NCBI RefSeq assembly: GCF_001194135.2
Contig: NC_068997.1
Location: forward strand, 9,959,478 to 10,009,604
Source: Octopus bimaculoides
Taxonomy: Eukaryota
Direction of reading: 5' to 3'
DNA: 50,127 nt
Below the pieces are notes generated by a model. That model saw only the letters and a list, made by a program, of their open reading frames with translations. It was not told the DNA's origin and searched no databases. This document shows positions 24,688-35,676 of the stretch, in pieces; the stretch's first letter is position 1; every line of letters begins with the position of its first letter. A program made the position numbers and the translations under genes.

Positions 24688-24932
24688 GGGGAGGCCGGTT
24701 TATGGGATTACCCTGGGTTTCCCATCCATAAAGGGTTTAGCTTTATGGTGTATTGTCAGACCCTTTTCCCCCTCACTCCATATTTTGAAGAAGTTATTGG
24801 CCACCAGGTTTTGGGGTCTGATGATACGCCATAAAGCTAAACCCCTTATGGATGAGAAACCCAGGATAAATCCTATAAACTGGTTCCCCATTAAAATATA
24901 CACTGCTCTATGTCATAGAGTGTGCTTCTTCT
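24688..24932. mobile_element. Foldback/MITE-like element with about 76-bp inverted arms
   Basis: Arm 24688-24763 is an imperfect reverse complement of 24813-24889, around a ~50-bp spacer. Related copy at 8021. Confidence 0.85.
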
Positions 24933-24944
24933 CTGGATATATAT

Positions 24945-25107
24945 ATCATCATCATCATCATCATCATCGTTTAACGTCCACTTTCCATGCTAGCATGGGT
25001 TGGACGATTTGACTGAGGACTGGTGAACTAGATGGTAACACCAGGCTCCAATCTGATTTGGCAGAGTTTCTACAGCTGGATGCCCTTCCTAATGCCAACC
25101 ACTCTGA

Positions 25108-25108
<1 letters not shown>
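24945..25108 (-). mobile_element. SINE-like family C, young copy (another fragment at 24552-24670)
   Basis: About 5 mismatches over about 140 nt against the copy at 37380. Confidence 0.9.
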
Positions 25109-25143
<35 letters not shown>

Positions 25144-25145
<2 letters not shown>

Positions 25146-25281
25146 GAGAATATACAAATAATAACAACAGACGAGGACAGGTGGTGTAAATAACAAAAGT
25201 ATATATTAGTATGACGCTCGGGAATACGGAAAGTCTTTGACGTTTCGAGCTACGCTCTTCAACAGAAAGAATACGGAGACA
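25144..25281 (-). mobile_element. Probable Penelope-like element terminal fragment
   Basis: Minus strand CTGTTGAAGAGC-GTA-GCTCGAAACGTCAAAGAC resembles the CTGAnGA..CGAAACG motif of Penelope terminal repeats. It is bounded by (TA)n and a gap. Confidence 0.55.
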
Positions 25282-25803
25282 NNNNNNNNNNNNNNNNNNN
25301 NNNNNNNNNNNNNNNNNNNNNNNNNNNNNNNNNNNNNNNNNNNNNNNNNNNNNNNNNNNNNNNNNNNNNNNNNNNNNNNNNNNNNNNNNNNNNNNNNNNN
25401 NNNNNNNNNNNNNNNNNNNNNNNNNNNNNNNNNNNNNNNNNNNNNNNNNNNNNNNNNNNNNNNNNNNNNNNNNNNNNNNNNNNNNNNNNNNNNNNNNNNN
25501 NNNNNNNNNNNNNNNNNNNNNNNNNNNNNNNNNNNNNNNNNNNNNNNNNNNNNNNNNNNNNNNNNNNNNNNNNNNNNNNNNNNNNNNNNNNNNNNNNNNN
25601 NNNNNNNNNNNNNNNNNNNNNNNNNNNNNNNNNNNNNNNNNNNNNNNNNNNNNNNNNNNNNNNNNNNNNNNNNNNNNNNNNNNNNNNNNNNNNNNNNNNN
25701 NNNNNNNNNNNNNNNNNNNNNNNNNNNNNNNNNNNNNNNNNNNNNNNNNNNNNNNNNNNNNNNNNNNNNNNNNNNNNNNNNNNNNNNNNNNNNNNNNTGT
25801 GTG

Positions 25804-25850
<47 letters not shown>

Positions 25851-25999
25851 GGAAGAATACATAATAGGATGATTGCTTACAGTGTTGCAACTTTGTTGAA
25901 GAATGGTAAAGTAAAAAGTAAAAAATTAGTTTATCATTGATGGTTGTTTTATTTCCTGTTCTAAGTTTTATTCTATATTCACTGATATCGTTATTTGTA

Positions 26000-26789
26000 G
26001 TTAAACCTCTTGAATGTTCATAGTAGAAGCCAGTATAATTGACTTGATATATCTATCTAAATATCTATATGTTTTTTTGTTTTTTTTTTTCTACAATTCA
26101 ACATGTCTGGTTCCATGGAAGCCAGTTGAAAGAGTTATTGTCCTTTTGTTAAATTAAATTAAGTTTTTCTGTGTCAACCTCTATTTCAACATGTGTTTAT
26201 ATTATAGCTTTTGTGCAAAACAGTTTCTAAGCTATGTTCCAAGTTGACAAAATGCTCACAACATCAGCTTTGCTACAGCGTGATTATCATTGTTATTATC
26301 ATTAACACGTTAACTGCCACAGTCTGTTAATGGAACTTGTGTGAAGTTTTGCAATGAATGTGTTAATGTATTCTTTTCAGCCGTTGCACAAGTTATCTCC
26401 AGACCACTCAAGTTCTTTAGCCTTTTGACTGTTCTAATTAAATTTCATGGTCATTTCCCATAACGATGTAAATTATCCACCAAAAAATAGAATTGGTATT
26501 TTATGCTTCAGCAATACCTTTTCAATATCTCCTGCAGGTATAGTTTTCATATCCACCACCAGAAGTATTTGATTTTTATTCTCTAAAGAGATATTTGATG
26601 GAATATGTGAAAAAATTAAGAAAATTTGCAAAAATTGTCTTTTGTTAAGAGCCACTGGAGGTGTCTCTACTTTTTATAATATAAAAAGAGAACTTTTTTT
26701 TCAAAGCTATTGGGGTAAAACAGCTTTCTGCAGTTTGCAGTAATAAACTTTTGAGCAGATATATCTGCTCTCTCAATGCAAAGGGTTAC
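26000..26789 (-). mobile_element. Possible decayed piggyBac-like element
   Basis: End resembles (T)TAACCCTTTGCATTG, with subterminal palindrome GAGCAGATATATCTGCTC (26753-26770). Weak transposase-like words (LFFGG*FTSL, VVSILST). The other end is unclear. Confidence 0.3.
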
Positions 26790-26985
26790 CTGTGCTGGTG
26801 CCACATAAAAAGCACTTGTTCTGGTGCCACATAAAAATATCTAGTACACATCTGTAAAGTGGTTGGTGTTAGGAAGGTCATCCAGCCATAGAGATGAAGC
26901 CAAAATGCATGACTAGAACCTGGTGCAGCTCTCACCATACTGTCCAACCCATGCCAGCATGGAAAAAAGAACGTTAAATGATGTT
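26787..26985 (+). mobile_element. SINE-like family C copy
   Basis: CTGGTGCCACATAAAAA x2, GGTTGGTGTTAGGAAGG.CATCCAGCC, CCAACCCATGCCAGCATGG, GTTAAATGATG. Confidence 0.75.
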
Positions 26986-27289
26986 GGTGATATGAGTCCT
27001 CTGTTTTGTACAGATATTGGTGGGACTTCTTCCTGGTTTCTCTGCACACAAGATATTCCCCTTCAAGCTTTATCCTTACATCTTAGAAAGATCAAACTGG
27101 TGGTCATGGTTGGAATATTTCGATCATAGGGTTACATGATCCCAAATAACTTATCACTAAACACCAACTAAAGCAATAACAAGCTGAGGAAATAAAAATA
27201 ATGAAAACTTCCTCTGATTAATTAAGGATCCACAGTCTAACCTATCATTGGTTAAATTAAATTATGTTCAATGGTTCACTGGATCCTTC

Positions 27290-27680
27290 ATCTTTTAACT
27301 TGTTTTCAGTTATTGCACTTTGGCCATGCTGGAGTTCTACCCTGAAAGGTTTAATTGAACAAATCAACTGCAGTACTTATTTTTTTAACTTTGACACGAG
27401 TTCTATTGTTCTCTTTTGTAGAACCACCAGATTATGAGGACATAAACAAACTGACACCAGTTGTCTAGTCATGGTGTAGGACAAATACACACACACACAC
27501 ACACACAGAGGCAGATGTGTGCACACACATATATACATCAGGTTTCCACACAGTTTCTCTCTGCCAAATTCACTCACAAGGCATTAGATGGTCTGGAGCT
27601 ACAGTAAAAGACGCTTACCCGCCAAGGTGCCATGCAGTGGGACTGAACCCAGACTACATGTGGCTGTAAAGTGAATTGGG
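27290..27680 (-). mobile_element. SINE family B copy
   Basis: TTGTTTTCAGTTATT...GGCCATGCTGGAG...(CA)n...CCAAGGTGCCATGCAGTGGGACTGAACCC. Confidence 0.75.
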
Positions 27681-27714
27681 TGAAAAAAGTGCCTATTTTA
27701 CTCTGGATGCCTCA

Positions 27715-27870
27715 TTAACTTTGGGGTATGAAGCTAGTTGATTACATCAACCCAAGTGCATAACTGGTACTTATTTTATTGACCCCATGGAAGGATGGCA
27801 GGCAAAATCAACCTCTGTGGAGTTTGAACTCAGAACATAAAGCCAGAATAAATGCCATTAAGTGGCACTA
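27715..27870 (-). mobile_element. SINE family A copy interrupted by a MITE
   Basis: AACTGGTACTTATTTTATTGACCCC...TTTGAACTCAGAACATAA. Confidence 0.75.
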
Positions 27871-27874
27871 ATTA

Positions 27875-28035
27875 CTGTATTTTATTGTGTATAAGGAACC
27901 TTTTTTTGTCAAAAATTAGGTTAAAAAAATATGGGAGTTTCTTATACACAGATAGAATTATAATCCCTTACAAAGCCTTTTTCCAAATTTTAAGCCCCCA
28001 AAATTAAGGGGTTCCTTATACACATTAAAATACGG
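27875..28035. mobile_element. Tc1/mariner-superfamily (Tc2/pogo-like) MITE, 161 bp
   Basis: 26-bp TIRs C(T/C)GTATTTTA(T/A)TGTGTATAAGGAACC (2 mismatches), flanked by TA at 27873-74 and 28036-37. Confidence 0.85.
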
Positions 28036-28411
28036 TAATTCTAGATAATTATCATCAGTTTTAGTTCCAACTTCTACTTAAGTCTACTGAGGAATATAGA
28101 ATTAAATGTCCTACCCTCAAACCGCCAATACCAGCAGCAGACTGATGCTTGTGCTTCAATTTATTATCCATTCCACCTTTTCACTTCTATTTAAAATATT
28201 CTAAAGATGTGATTTAAAACTTTAAAGAATTTGGTTTAAGTTTATAAATCATGTTCATTTTGACATTTCTCCGTCTTCATAGCATACAGCTCTAAACTTT
28301 TAGATATCTTCATAGCAGTTATTCTTGAAGATGATAAAGAATTAGACTGACAAATGACAGCTATTCCATGTAACATGCCTAATTCTCTTTGAATTTCTTT
28401 ATCTTCCAAAG

Positions 28412-28528
28412 GTCCGTGCTCGTGGATTGCCTGAAGATCATGTTGGAGCAGTTAGAGTTATATGTTTTGAAGGAATTGACAGTAACATGTGCTGTGGCAC
28501 CCATGTTTCCAATCTCAGTCAATTGCAA
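28412..28528 (+). CDS. AARSD1: AARSD1 coding exon 4 (117 nt): VRARGLPEDHVGAVRVICFEGIDSNMCCGTHVSNLSQLQ
   Basis: Acceptor cttccaaag, donor gtaagt. Contains CCGTH, the CxxxH zinc ligands of AlaXp; phase 0 to 0. Confidence 0.97.
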
Positions 28529-31500
28529 GTAAGTTTCTTTTCCATAAAACTTTAAAATTTTTGATTTCGAATTTGTTTTGCAAGAATTTTGATTTCAAAC
28601 TTTGTGCTGAAACCAATATTGTTATATTTGGGAAGATTCATAATTGAAGAAACCTACTCTAGAGAACTTTCAGCTATGGGTTCTATTGGCACCACTTCTA
28701 AGAATCCATAACCTGGCTTTGCTTTTGGTGGGGTGGGGAGGAGGAGAATGCTGCTGATATGGGTTCAGCTCTACTGGCACAGAACTGTTGTTAATCTGCC
28801 TCTTTCGAGATGAGCATAGAGCATTGTAATNNNNNNNNNNNNNNNNNNNNNNNNNNNNNNNNNNNNNNNNNNNNNNNNNNNNNNNNNNNNNNNNNNNNNN
28901 NNNNNNNNNNNNNNNNNNNNNNNNNNNNNNNNNNNNNNNNNNNNNNNNNNNNNNNNNNNNNNNNNNNNNNNNNNNNNNNNNNNNNNNNNNNNNNNNNNNN
29001 NNNNNNNNNNNNNNNNNNNNNNNNNNNNNNNNNNNNNNNNNNNNNNNNNNNNNNNNNNNNNNNNNNNNNNNNNNNNNNNNNNNNNNNNNNNNNNNNNNNN
29101 NNNNNNNNNNNNNNNNNNNNNNNNNNNNNNNNNNNNNNNNNNNNNNNNNNNNNNNNNNNNNNNNNNNNNNNNNNNNNNNNNNNNNNNNNNNNNNNNNNNN
29201 NNNNNNNNNNNNNNNNNNNNNNNNNNNNNNNNNNNNNNNNNNNNNNNNNNNNNNNNNNNNNNNNNNNNNNNNNNNNNNNNNNNNNNNNNNNNNNNNNNNN
29301 NNNNNNNNNNNNNNNNNNNNNNNNNNNNNNNNNNNNNNNNNNNNNNNNNNNNNNNNNNNNNNNNNNNNNNNNNNNNNNNNNNNNNNNNNNNNNNNNNNNN
29401 NNNNNNNNNNNNNNNNNNNNNNNNNNNNNNNNNNNNNGGAACTTACAAATACTGAACATTGAGCGTCGAGTTATATACAGAATCAAGGTTTCAACTATGG
29501 TTGGATACCATTATCATGTAATTTTTGATAAGTTAAAGTGATTAGCAGTGGAGTTTTGATTTGGTATTTTAGAAATAAAACTTCAGAATTTTTTTTTTTT
29601 TTTTAAACCAGTATTTTTATTATTTATATTTATAATGTTAAGTTCGAATAATTTTTGATGTACAAATCTAAAACAGGCGGGGGAAAAAAAGGAAAAAAAA
29701 ATTTCAACTAATATAAAAATGTTGATGGAAAATTTGATATAGGAGAATAATTTTGATTTTTTAAATGGAAAATAGAATAAAAAAAAAAAAGAGAGAGAGA
29801 AAGAAATGGAAAATTCTAGCTATGTTTAGGAGAGAAAAACAAGTAAAAGACAAAAATATACCGATGCTTATGTTTTATAAAAGATCAAGTGTGAATTTTC
29901 ACAAATATTAAAGCTGCCACAGTCTGACATATAAATAAGAGGAATATACATATATATACATATGTAGGTAGATACATACATATATATACATACATATGTA
30001 CGTAAGTATATATATGTATCGTAAAAATAATGCATTATAAACTACTATGCTGACACACACACACATACACACACACTGAAATAAAAAAAAAGTAACAACA
30101 ACAACAACATCAACAACAAAAATACTATTTGGATCTAAAAGTAAAAACTGTATAACTTATTATATAGATGCAAATAGATTTCAGAGATGTAAATAGATTT
30201 ATGGTCTAAAATCATGTTTAATGTGCTTTGCTTCTTCTTCTATGTGCAGACATCGGTAAAATCTAAAGCAATCAGTATCTCAATCATACTAACTTTGAAT
30301 AGGTTTTTTTTTATATTATTTTGTTTTGTTTTTTTTTTTGGTCTTTTTTTTTGTCTTTTTGTTTTTTTTTAAATAAAGTAGATGAAGAAAAAAAAACAGA
30401 AGAAAAANNNNNNNNNNNNNNNNNNNNNNNNNNNNNNNNNNNNNNNNNNNNNNNNNNNNNNNNNNNNNNNNNNNNNNNNNNNNNNNNNNNNNNNNNNNNN
30501 NNNNNNNNNNNNNNNNNNNNNNNNNNNNNNNNNNNNNNNNNNNNNNNNNNNNNNNNNNNNNNNNNNNNNNNNNNNNNNNNNNNNNNNNNNNNNNNNNNNN
30601 NNNNNNNNNNNNNNNNNNNNNNNNNNNNNNNNNNNNNNNNNNNNNNNNNNNNNNNNNNNNNNNNNNNNNNNNNNNNNNNNNNNNNNNNNNNNNNNNNNNN
30701 NNNNNNNNNNNNNNNNNNNNNNNNNNNNNNNNNNNNNNNNNNNNNNNNNNNNNNNNNNNNNNNNNNNNNNNNNNNNNNNNNNNNNNNNNNNNNNNNNNNN
30801 NNNNNNNNNNNNNNNNNNNNNNNNNNNNNNNNNNNNNNNNNNNNNNNNNNNNNNNNNNNNNNNNNNNNNNNNNNNNNNNNNNNNNNNNNNNNNNNNNNNN
30901 NNNNNNNNNNNNNNNNNNNNNNNNNNNNNNNNNNNNNNNNNNNNNNNNNNNNNNNNNNNNNNNNNNNNNNNNNNNNNNNNNNNNNNNNNNNNNNNNNNNN
31001 NNNNNNNNNNNNNNNNNNNNNNNNNNNNNNNNNNNNNNNNNNNNNNNNNNNNNNNNNNNNNNNNNNNNNNNNNNNNNNNNNNNNTCATCCTCCCCCCTTC
31101 TCATCCTCATTGTCATCCTCCCCCCTTCTCATCATCATCATCGTTATCAAGTTTAGCTGATAACCTCTCTAAATACATGGAAACATTTCTTTTTCTTTCT
31201 TTTTTTTGTCATATTTTTTCATTTTTCTTTTTCCTATTAAAAATAATAATTTTCTTTTTGTCAAGGTTAGTTTAATTTTTAGTTTCTGATCTTTTAATCT
31301 TATTTAAAAATTATAATTTAAAAAAAAAAAAAGAACAACAACAGCCAACAAACAACTTAATGCGATATTTTTGTTATTCCAACCGAATATCAAAGCATTA
31401 GTGAAATAACTAAAAACCGAAGCTTGATGGATTAAAATGTTTTGAGTTCAAGTCTTGTTGAAATCAACTTTCATGCTTCCAGGGACCAATAAAATACATA

Positions 31501-31749
31501 GATCTATGATTAAAGCCATCCCAACAGTGACCATCACATCATTCTTTTTTTTCCTAGGTATAATGTATCTTAACTTTTATCGCTTACTCATTTTAATCAT
31601 TGAAATGTGGCCATGCTGGGGTACCACCTTGATATTTATGTCGTTTTTCCTTTTTGCTCATCTCAGTCATTGGAATGTGGCCATGCTGGGGCATCACCTT
31701 GAAGGGTTTACAAATTGAAGGGTTGAACAAATTGACACCAAAAACATTC

Positions 31750-32050
31750 GAGCAAGATCATGCCAGTGCCGTTGGACTGGCTCCTGTGCAGGTGGCACGT
31801 AAAATACACCATTTTGAGCGTGGCTGTTGCCAGTACCGCCTGACTGGCCTTCGTGCCGATGGCATGTAAAAGCACCCACTACACTCTCAGAGTGGTTGGC
31901 GTTAGGAAGGGCATCCAGCTTTAGAAACTCTGCCAAATCAGATTGGAGCCTGGTGTAGCCATCCTGTTCACCAGTCCCCAGTCAAATCGTCCAACCCATG
32001 CTAGCATGGAAAGCGGATGTTAAACGATGATGATGATGATGATGATGATT
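31750..32050 (+). mobile_element. SINE-like family C, long copy with internal direct repeats and (GAT)n tail, following family B 3' fragments (31585-31745)
   Basis: Two GCCAGT.CCG..TGACTGG...GG(T/C)GGCA.GTAAAA modules, then GGTTGGCGTTAGGAAGGGCATCCAGC. Confidence 0.85.
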
Positions 32051-32109
32051 CATATGTTTAACCCTTTCAGCCTTGACCTTCTGAACCTTATTTTACTATA
32101 TACCTGGCA

Positions 32110-32695
32110 CTCCAGCAGTGGAGGCAATATAAAATTACAGCAGCGTTCATGCTCAGCCAGAGCTACCTTTCATAGTAATAGCCTCACTTTCTCATCATCC
32201 AACCATGACTTGCAATCTTTGTTAAAAATTTCCTCGTACCTTCTGTAGCACACCTGAAACATAATACCCTCCTCTGGATTATAAGGGAATTCAGAAATTC
32301 AGTTTGCCATGCTGTCTGGCATAAACGAACTTACCGATTCAGACTTCCTTAACTGTTGTTGTTATAATATTTGATTCTGCAACTCTTGTAGGTGTTCCTG
32401 TTGCTTCTCTTATTTTTTTATTGCCCACAAAGGGCTAAGCATAGACGGGACAAACAAGGACAGACAAAGGGATTAAGTCGATTACATCGACCTCAGTGTG
32501 TAACTGGTACTTATTTAATCGACCCCGAAAGGATGAGAGGCTAAGTCGACCTCGGTGGAATTTGAACTCAGAACATAGCGGCAGACGAAATACCGCTAAG
32601 CATTTCGCCCGGCGTGCTAACAATTCTGGCCAGCTCACCACCTTCGTTCCTGTTGCTTCTCTTGAAGCTGTATTACTGCAGCTAATTGGTCCCAT
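32110..32695 (-). mobile_element. Decayed Ty3/Gypsy gag fragment, split by a SINE
   Basis: After removing the SINE and one TSD: DQLAAVIQLQ...ISEFPYNPEEGIMFQVCYRRYEEIF...DEKVRLLL*K...EHERCCNFILP, resembling Gypsy gag (SEFxYxP...RYEDIF...KVRLLLRK...EHE..NFILP as recalled). Confidence 0.7.
32409..32644 (-). mobile_element. Young full-length family A SINE with perfect 18-bp TSD
   Basis: GTTCCTGTTGCTTCTCTT at 32394-32411 and 32646-32663. Confidence 0.92.
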
Positions 32696-32754
32696 AATTT
32701 AACAATTTGTATGATGCACAAATTGTCAAATAACTTATGTGAGCTTTAAAAATT

Positions 32755-33060
32755 CCTCATCACCAGATGTTATATCCTTACACCTCCAATATCATAGTAC
32801 AGTTGATATTGTCAATGATAGATGAAGAATACACTGCAACAGTGTTATAACAATACAAAATAGAAACAGCAGCAGTAACGAACACGTAACAAACCAACAA
32901 TCTTTTATGAACCAACAATCAATATTTCCAACACACTAACTCAAACTGTAAACTGTACCTGGACTTCGAAGACCAAACTACAAACTGATGACTCTGTCAG
33001 ACCGCTACTATTTATATGTAGCGGTCCCATCTATTCTCTTCAGAGGGTGTTGTACTCTCA
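32755..33060 (-). mobile_element. LTR (about 33060 to 32768) and primer-binding site (32755-32765) of the Gypsy gag relic
   Basis: Minus strand ...GATATAACA-tc-TGGTGATGAGG: the LTR ends in CA, then 2 nt, then a TGG-starting PBS. TATAAA lies at about 33010-33015. Confidence 0.7.
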
Positions 33061-33069
33061 CCACAACAG

Positions 33070-33177
33070 GCAAAGTTGATTTTTAACTGGATTTGAATTC
33101 AGAATGTAAAAAGCCCAGAAGAAACACCTCTAACCATTTTGCTTGATGTGCTAACAATTCTGCCAGCTTGCTGCTTT
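33070..33177 (-). mobile_element. SINE family A head fragment
   Basis: GATTTGAATTCAGAATGTAA...GCTAACAATTCTGCCAGCT. Confidence 0.7.
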
Positions 33178-33807
33178 GGTTCTAAGATTGTTGTCTAATT
33201 TTTAGTGACGAGGTTGCAAATAGTGCCACAAGAATTTTGACACCAAGTAATAAATGATTAAGCAAAAGTTAACGGTTTCTGTGTGTTCTGGAATGGCTAA
33301 TAAACATGTGTTATGCTATAATTGTTTTAGTTTCACCACATGGTCTCTGACCACTTGCCAGACAAGTACAACTCTGAAATGATCGAAATTGTGTTTTTCA
33401 TTTCTAAAACAGCAAGATATGATTTGAAGGAAGTTTGTCAGCTTTTTCTAGCAATGTGGACAAGCACATAGAGACTACTTCTTTGGATTATTTTGTATTT
33501 AGATTTTAAGTGATTGGCAAACTAGCTTTTCATTTTGTTTATGTCAGTGTCAGGTGTAATAATCTGCTTGTAATAATCTTACCATTGCAGACAGAATTAT
33601 ATTGAAACTTTACCATACAGACAAATGCCAATCCGATAGAAAATTTAGAAAATACTGTATTACCATATCTATCTATCTGTCTGTCTGTCTGTCTGTTTAT
33701 CCGTCCATCCATCCTTCCTTCCTTCCTTACCCTCTCTCTCACACACACACGTACACGTGTGTGTTTATCTTGAAACTAATATCTGGATGATTTAATATAG
33801 AGTAAAG

Positions 33808-33965
33808 ATACAAGCGTGGATGTGTGGCTGAGAAGTTTGCTTCTAGACCACATGTTTTGGGGTTCGGTCCCACTACATGGCACCTTGGGCAACTATCTTC
33901 TACTGTAGCCCCAGGCTGACAAAAGCCTTGTGAGTGGATTGAGCAGATGGAAACTGAAAGAAGTT
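33808..33965 (+). mobile_element. SINE family B head
   Basis: GTGTGGCTGAGAAGTTTGCTT...GGTTCGGTCCCAC...GGCACCTTGGGCAA. Confidence 0.75.
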
Positions 33966-34006
33966 CATTCTATATTGTCATTATCATTTTGATATTGGTT
34001 GGATAT

Positions 34007-34140
34007 GTGAAGGCACATGGTTCAGTAGTTAGAGTGTCAGGCTTACAATTGTGAGGTTGAGAGTTCAATTCCTGGACCAATTGTGTAAGTGTTCTTGAGC
34101 AAGACACTTTATTTCATGTTGTTCCAGTTCACTCAGCCTG
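34007..34140 (+). mobile_element. tRNA-derived SINE family F head
   Basis: GTGAAGGCACATGGTTCAGTAGTTAG...GAGTTCAATTCC...CTTGAGCAAGACACTTTATTTCA. Confidence 0.6.
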
Positions 34141-34189
34141 GTCTTGGGCCTCAGAGGGGAACTTTCTAGGTACAATCCCATGATCAATC

Positions 34190-34540
34190 ATGACTGAAGG
34201 GGTTTTTCACTGGGGTCAGACAGAACTTACTGAAGTAGATTTTTCTACAGCCAGATGCCCTTCCTGTTGCTAACCCTCGTCTGTTTCCAAGTAAAGTAAT
34301 ATTCCCCGTGGCCAGACATGTTTTCATGGAAGATTGGGAATGAAGGACATTGCTTGCACATTGGTGACTTTCATTAACAACTATTACATGAAGCTGAGAC
34401 AAGAAAACAGTAACGTATACACACAGACACACACACACATATACATATATGATGGGCTTCTTTCAGTTTCCATCTACCAAAATCCACTCTCAAGGGGCCA
34501 TGTAGTGGGACTGAACCCAGGACTGCATGGTTGGGAAGTA
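34190..34540 (-). mobile_element. Family B head + D body SINE
   Basis: GATTTTCTACAGCCAGATGCCCTTCC...GCCAGACATGTTTT...(CA)n...GGGACTGAACCC. Confidence 0.7.
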
Positions 34541-34561
34541 AAAGGATTAGATGAGTATGGC

Positions 34562-35090
34562 TGCAATGACCTTGGACATGGGTCTATATACTGGTTCCAA
34601 GCAAAATGTTCTAGTTGTGTGAGCTGAATGTTGCAGGAATCGAGGACAAGCTTAAGATGGTCCCTGGACCTCTTCTTGGGTCTCCCATGCAGGCAAACAC
34701 TGGTTGATAGCTCTCCAAAGACCATTTTTGGGAGACAATTATCAGGCATCCTGATAATGTGTCCACAACCCATCTTAGAAGATGGCTTTGGATGATGGAT
34801 TCAACACTGAAGAGTCCTGCTTGCTGGAGAATTTCTGCATGGGGTGGGGGACCTTATCTTTCCAAGGAACTGCACACTCTGAACCAATCCAGTGTGAGAA
34901 ACTTGAGGAAAAGAGACATCAACCTCATCTCAGACTCACCAACAACAGAACAGGCGACTTCCCTTGTCATCTGTGTTCAAGGACATGTCATTCCAGGATC
35001 AGACTGCTTTCACATCTGTCAACTCACAAAATGTTGGATAAGACTCCAAGAGGACACCAGCATTGATGGAGACAGCTATAAGCAAATAAA
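34562..35090. mobile_element. RTE-clade LINE 3' end with inverted 5' portion (minus 34562-34864; plus 34863-35090)
   Basis: Minus: WKDKVP/EILQQAGLFSVESII..LRW/GHIIRMPDNCLPKMVFGEL...GRPKKR. Plus: QGTAH.E...KLEEKR...FPCHLCSRTCHSRIRLLSHLSTH. Confidence 0.85.
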
Positions 35091-35195
35091 CTGGATCTGT
35101 ATGATTTTGGATGACCTGATACTCTCACCACCCACACCATCTACCCCCATCAGCCCTTATACTCTTATTAACAATACTACTACTTCACATATTAC

Positions 35196-35590
35196 TCTTT
35201 TACTTGTTTCAGTCATTTGACTGCGGCCATGCTGGAGCACCGCCTTTAGTCGAGCAAATCGAACCCAGGACTTATTCTTTGGAAGCCTAGTACTTATTCT
35301 ATCGGTCTCTTTTGCCGAACCGCTAAGTTATAGGGACGTAAACACACCAGCATCGGTTGTCAAGCAATGCTGGGGGAACAAACACAGACACACAAACATA
35401 TATTTATATATATATATACATATATACAACGGGCTTCTTTCAGTTTCCGTCTACCAAATCTACTCACAAGGCTTTGGTTGGCCCAAGGCTATAGTAGAAG
35501 ACACTTGCCCAAGGTGCCATGCAGTGGGACTAAACCCAGAACCATGTGGCTGGTAAGCAAGCTACTTACCACACAGCCACTCCTGCGCCT
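35196..35590 (-). mobile_element. SINE family B, well-preserved full-length copy
   Basis: Best-preserved family B copy in the window; CpGs retained. Confidence 0.9.
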
Positions 35591-35676
35591 ATAAATACAA
35601 TTTTTTTCTTTGTTGTTGATTTTAAAATTTTTTAAAAAATGATTTATCTACTAATTATGTATCATTTCTTTGTTAG

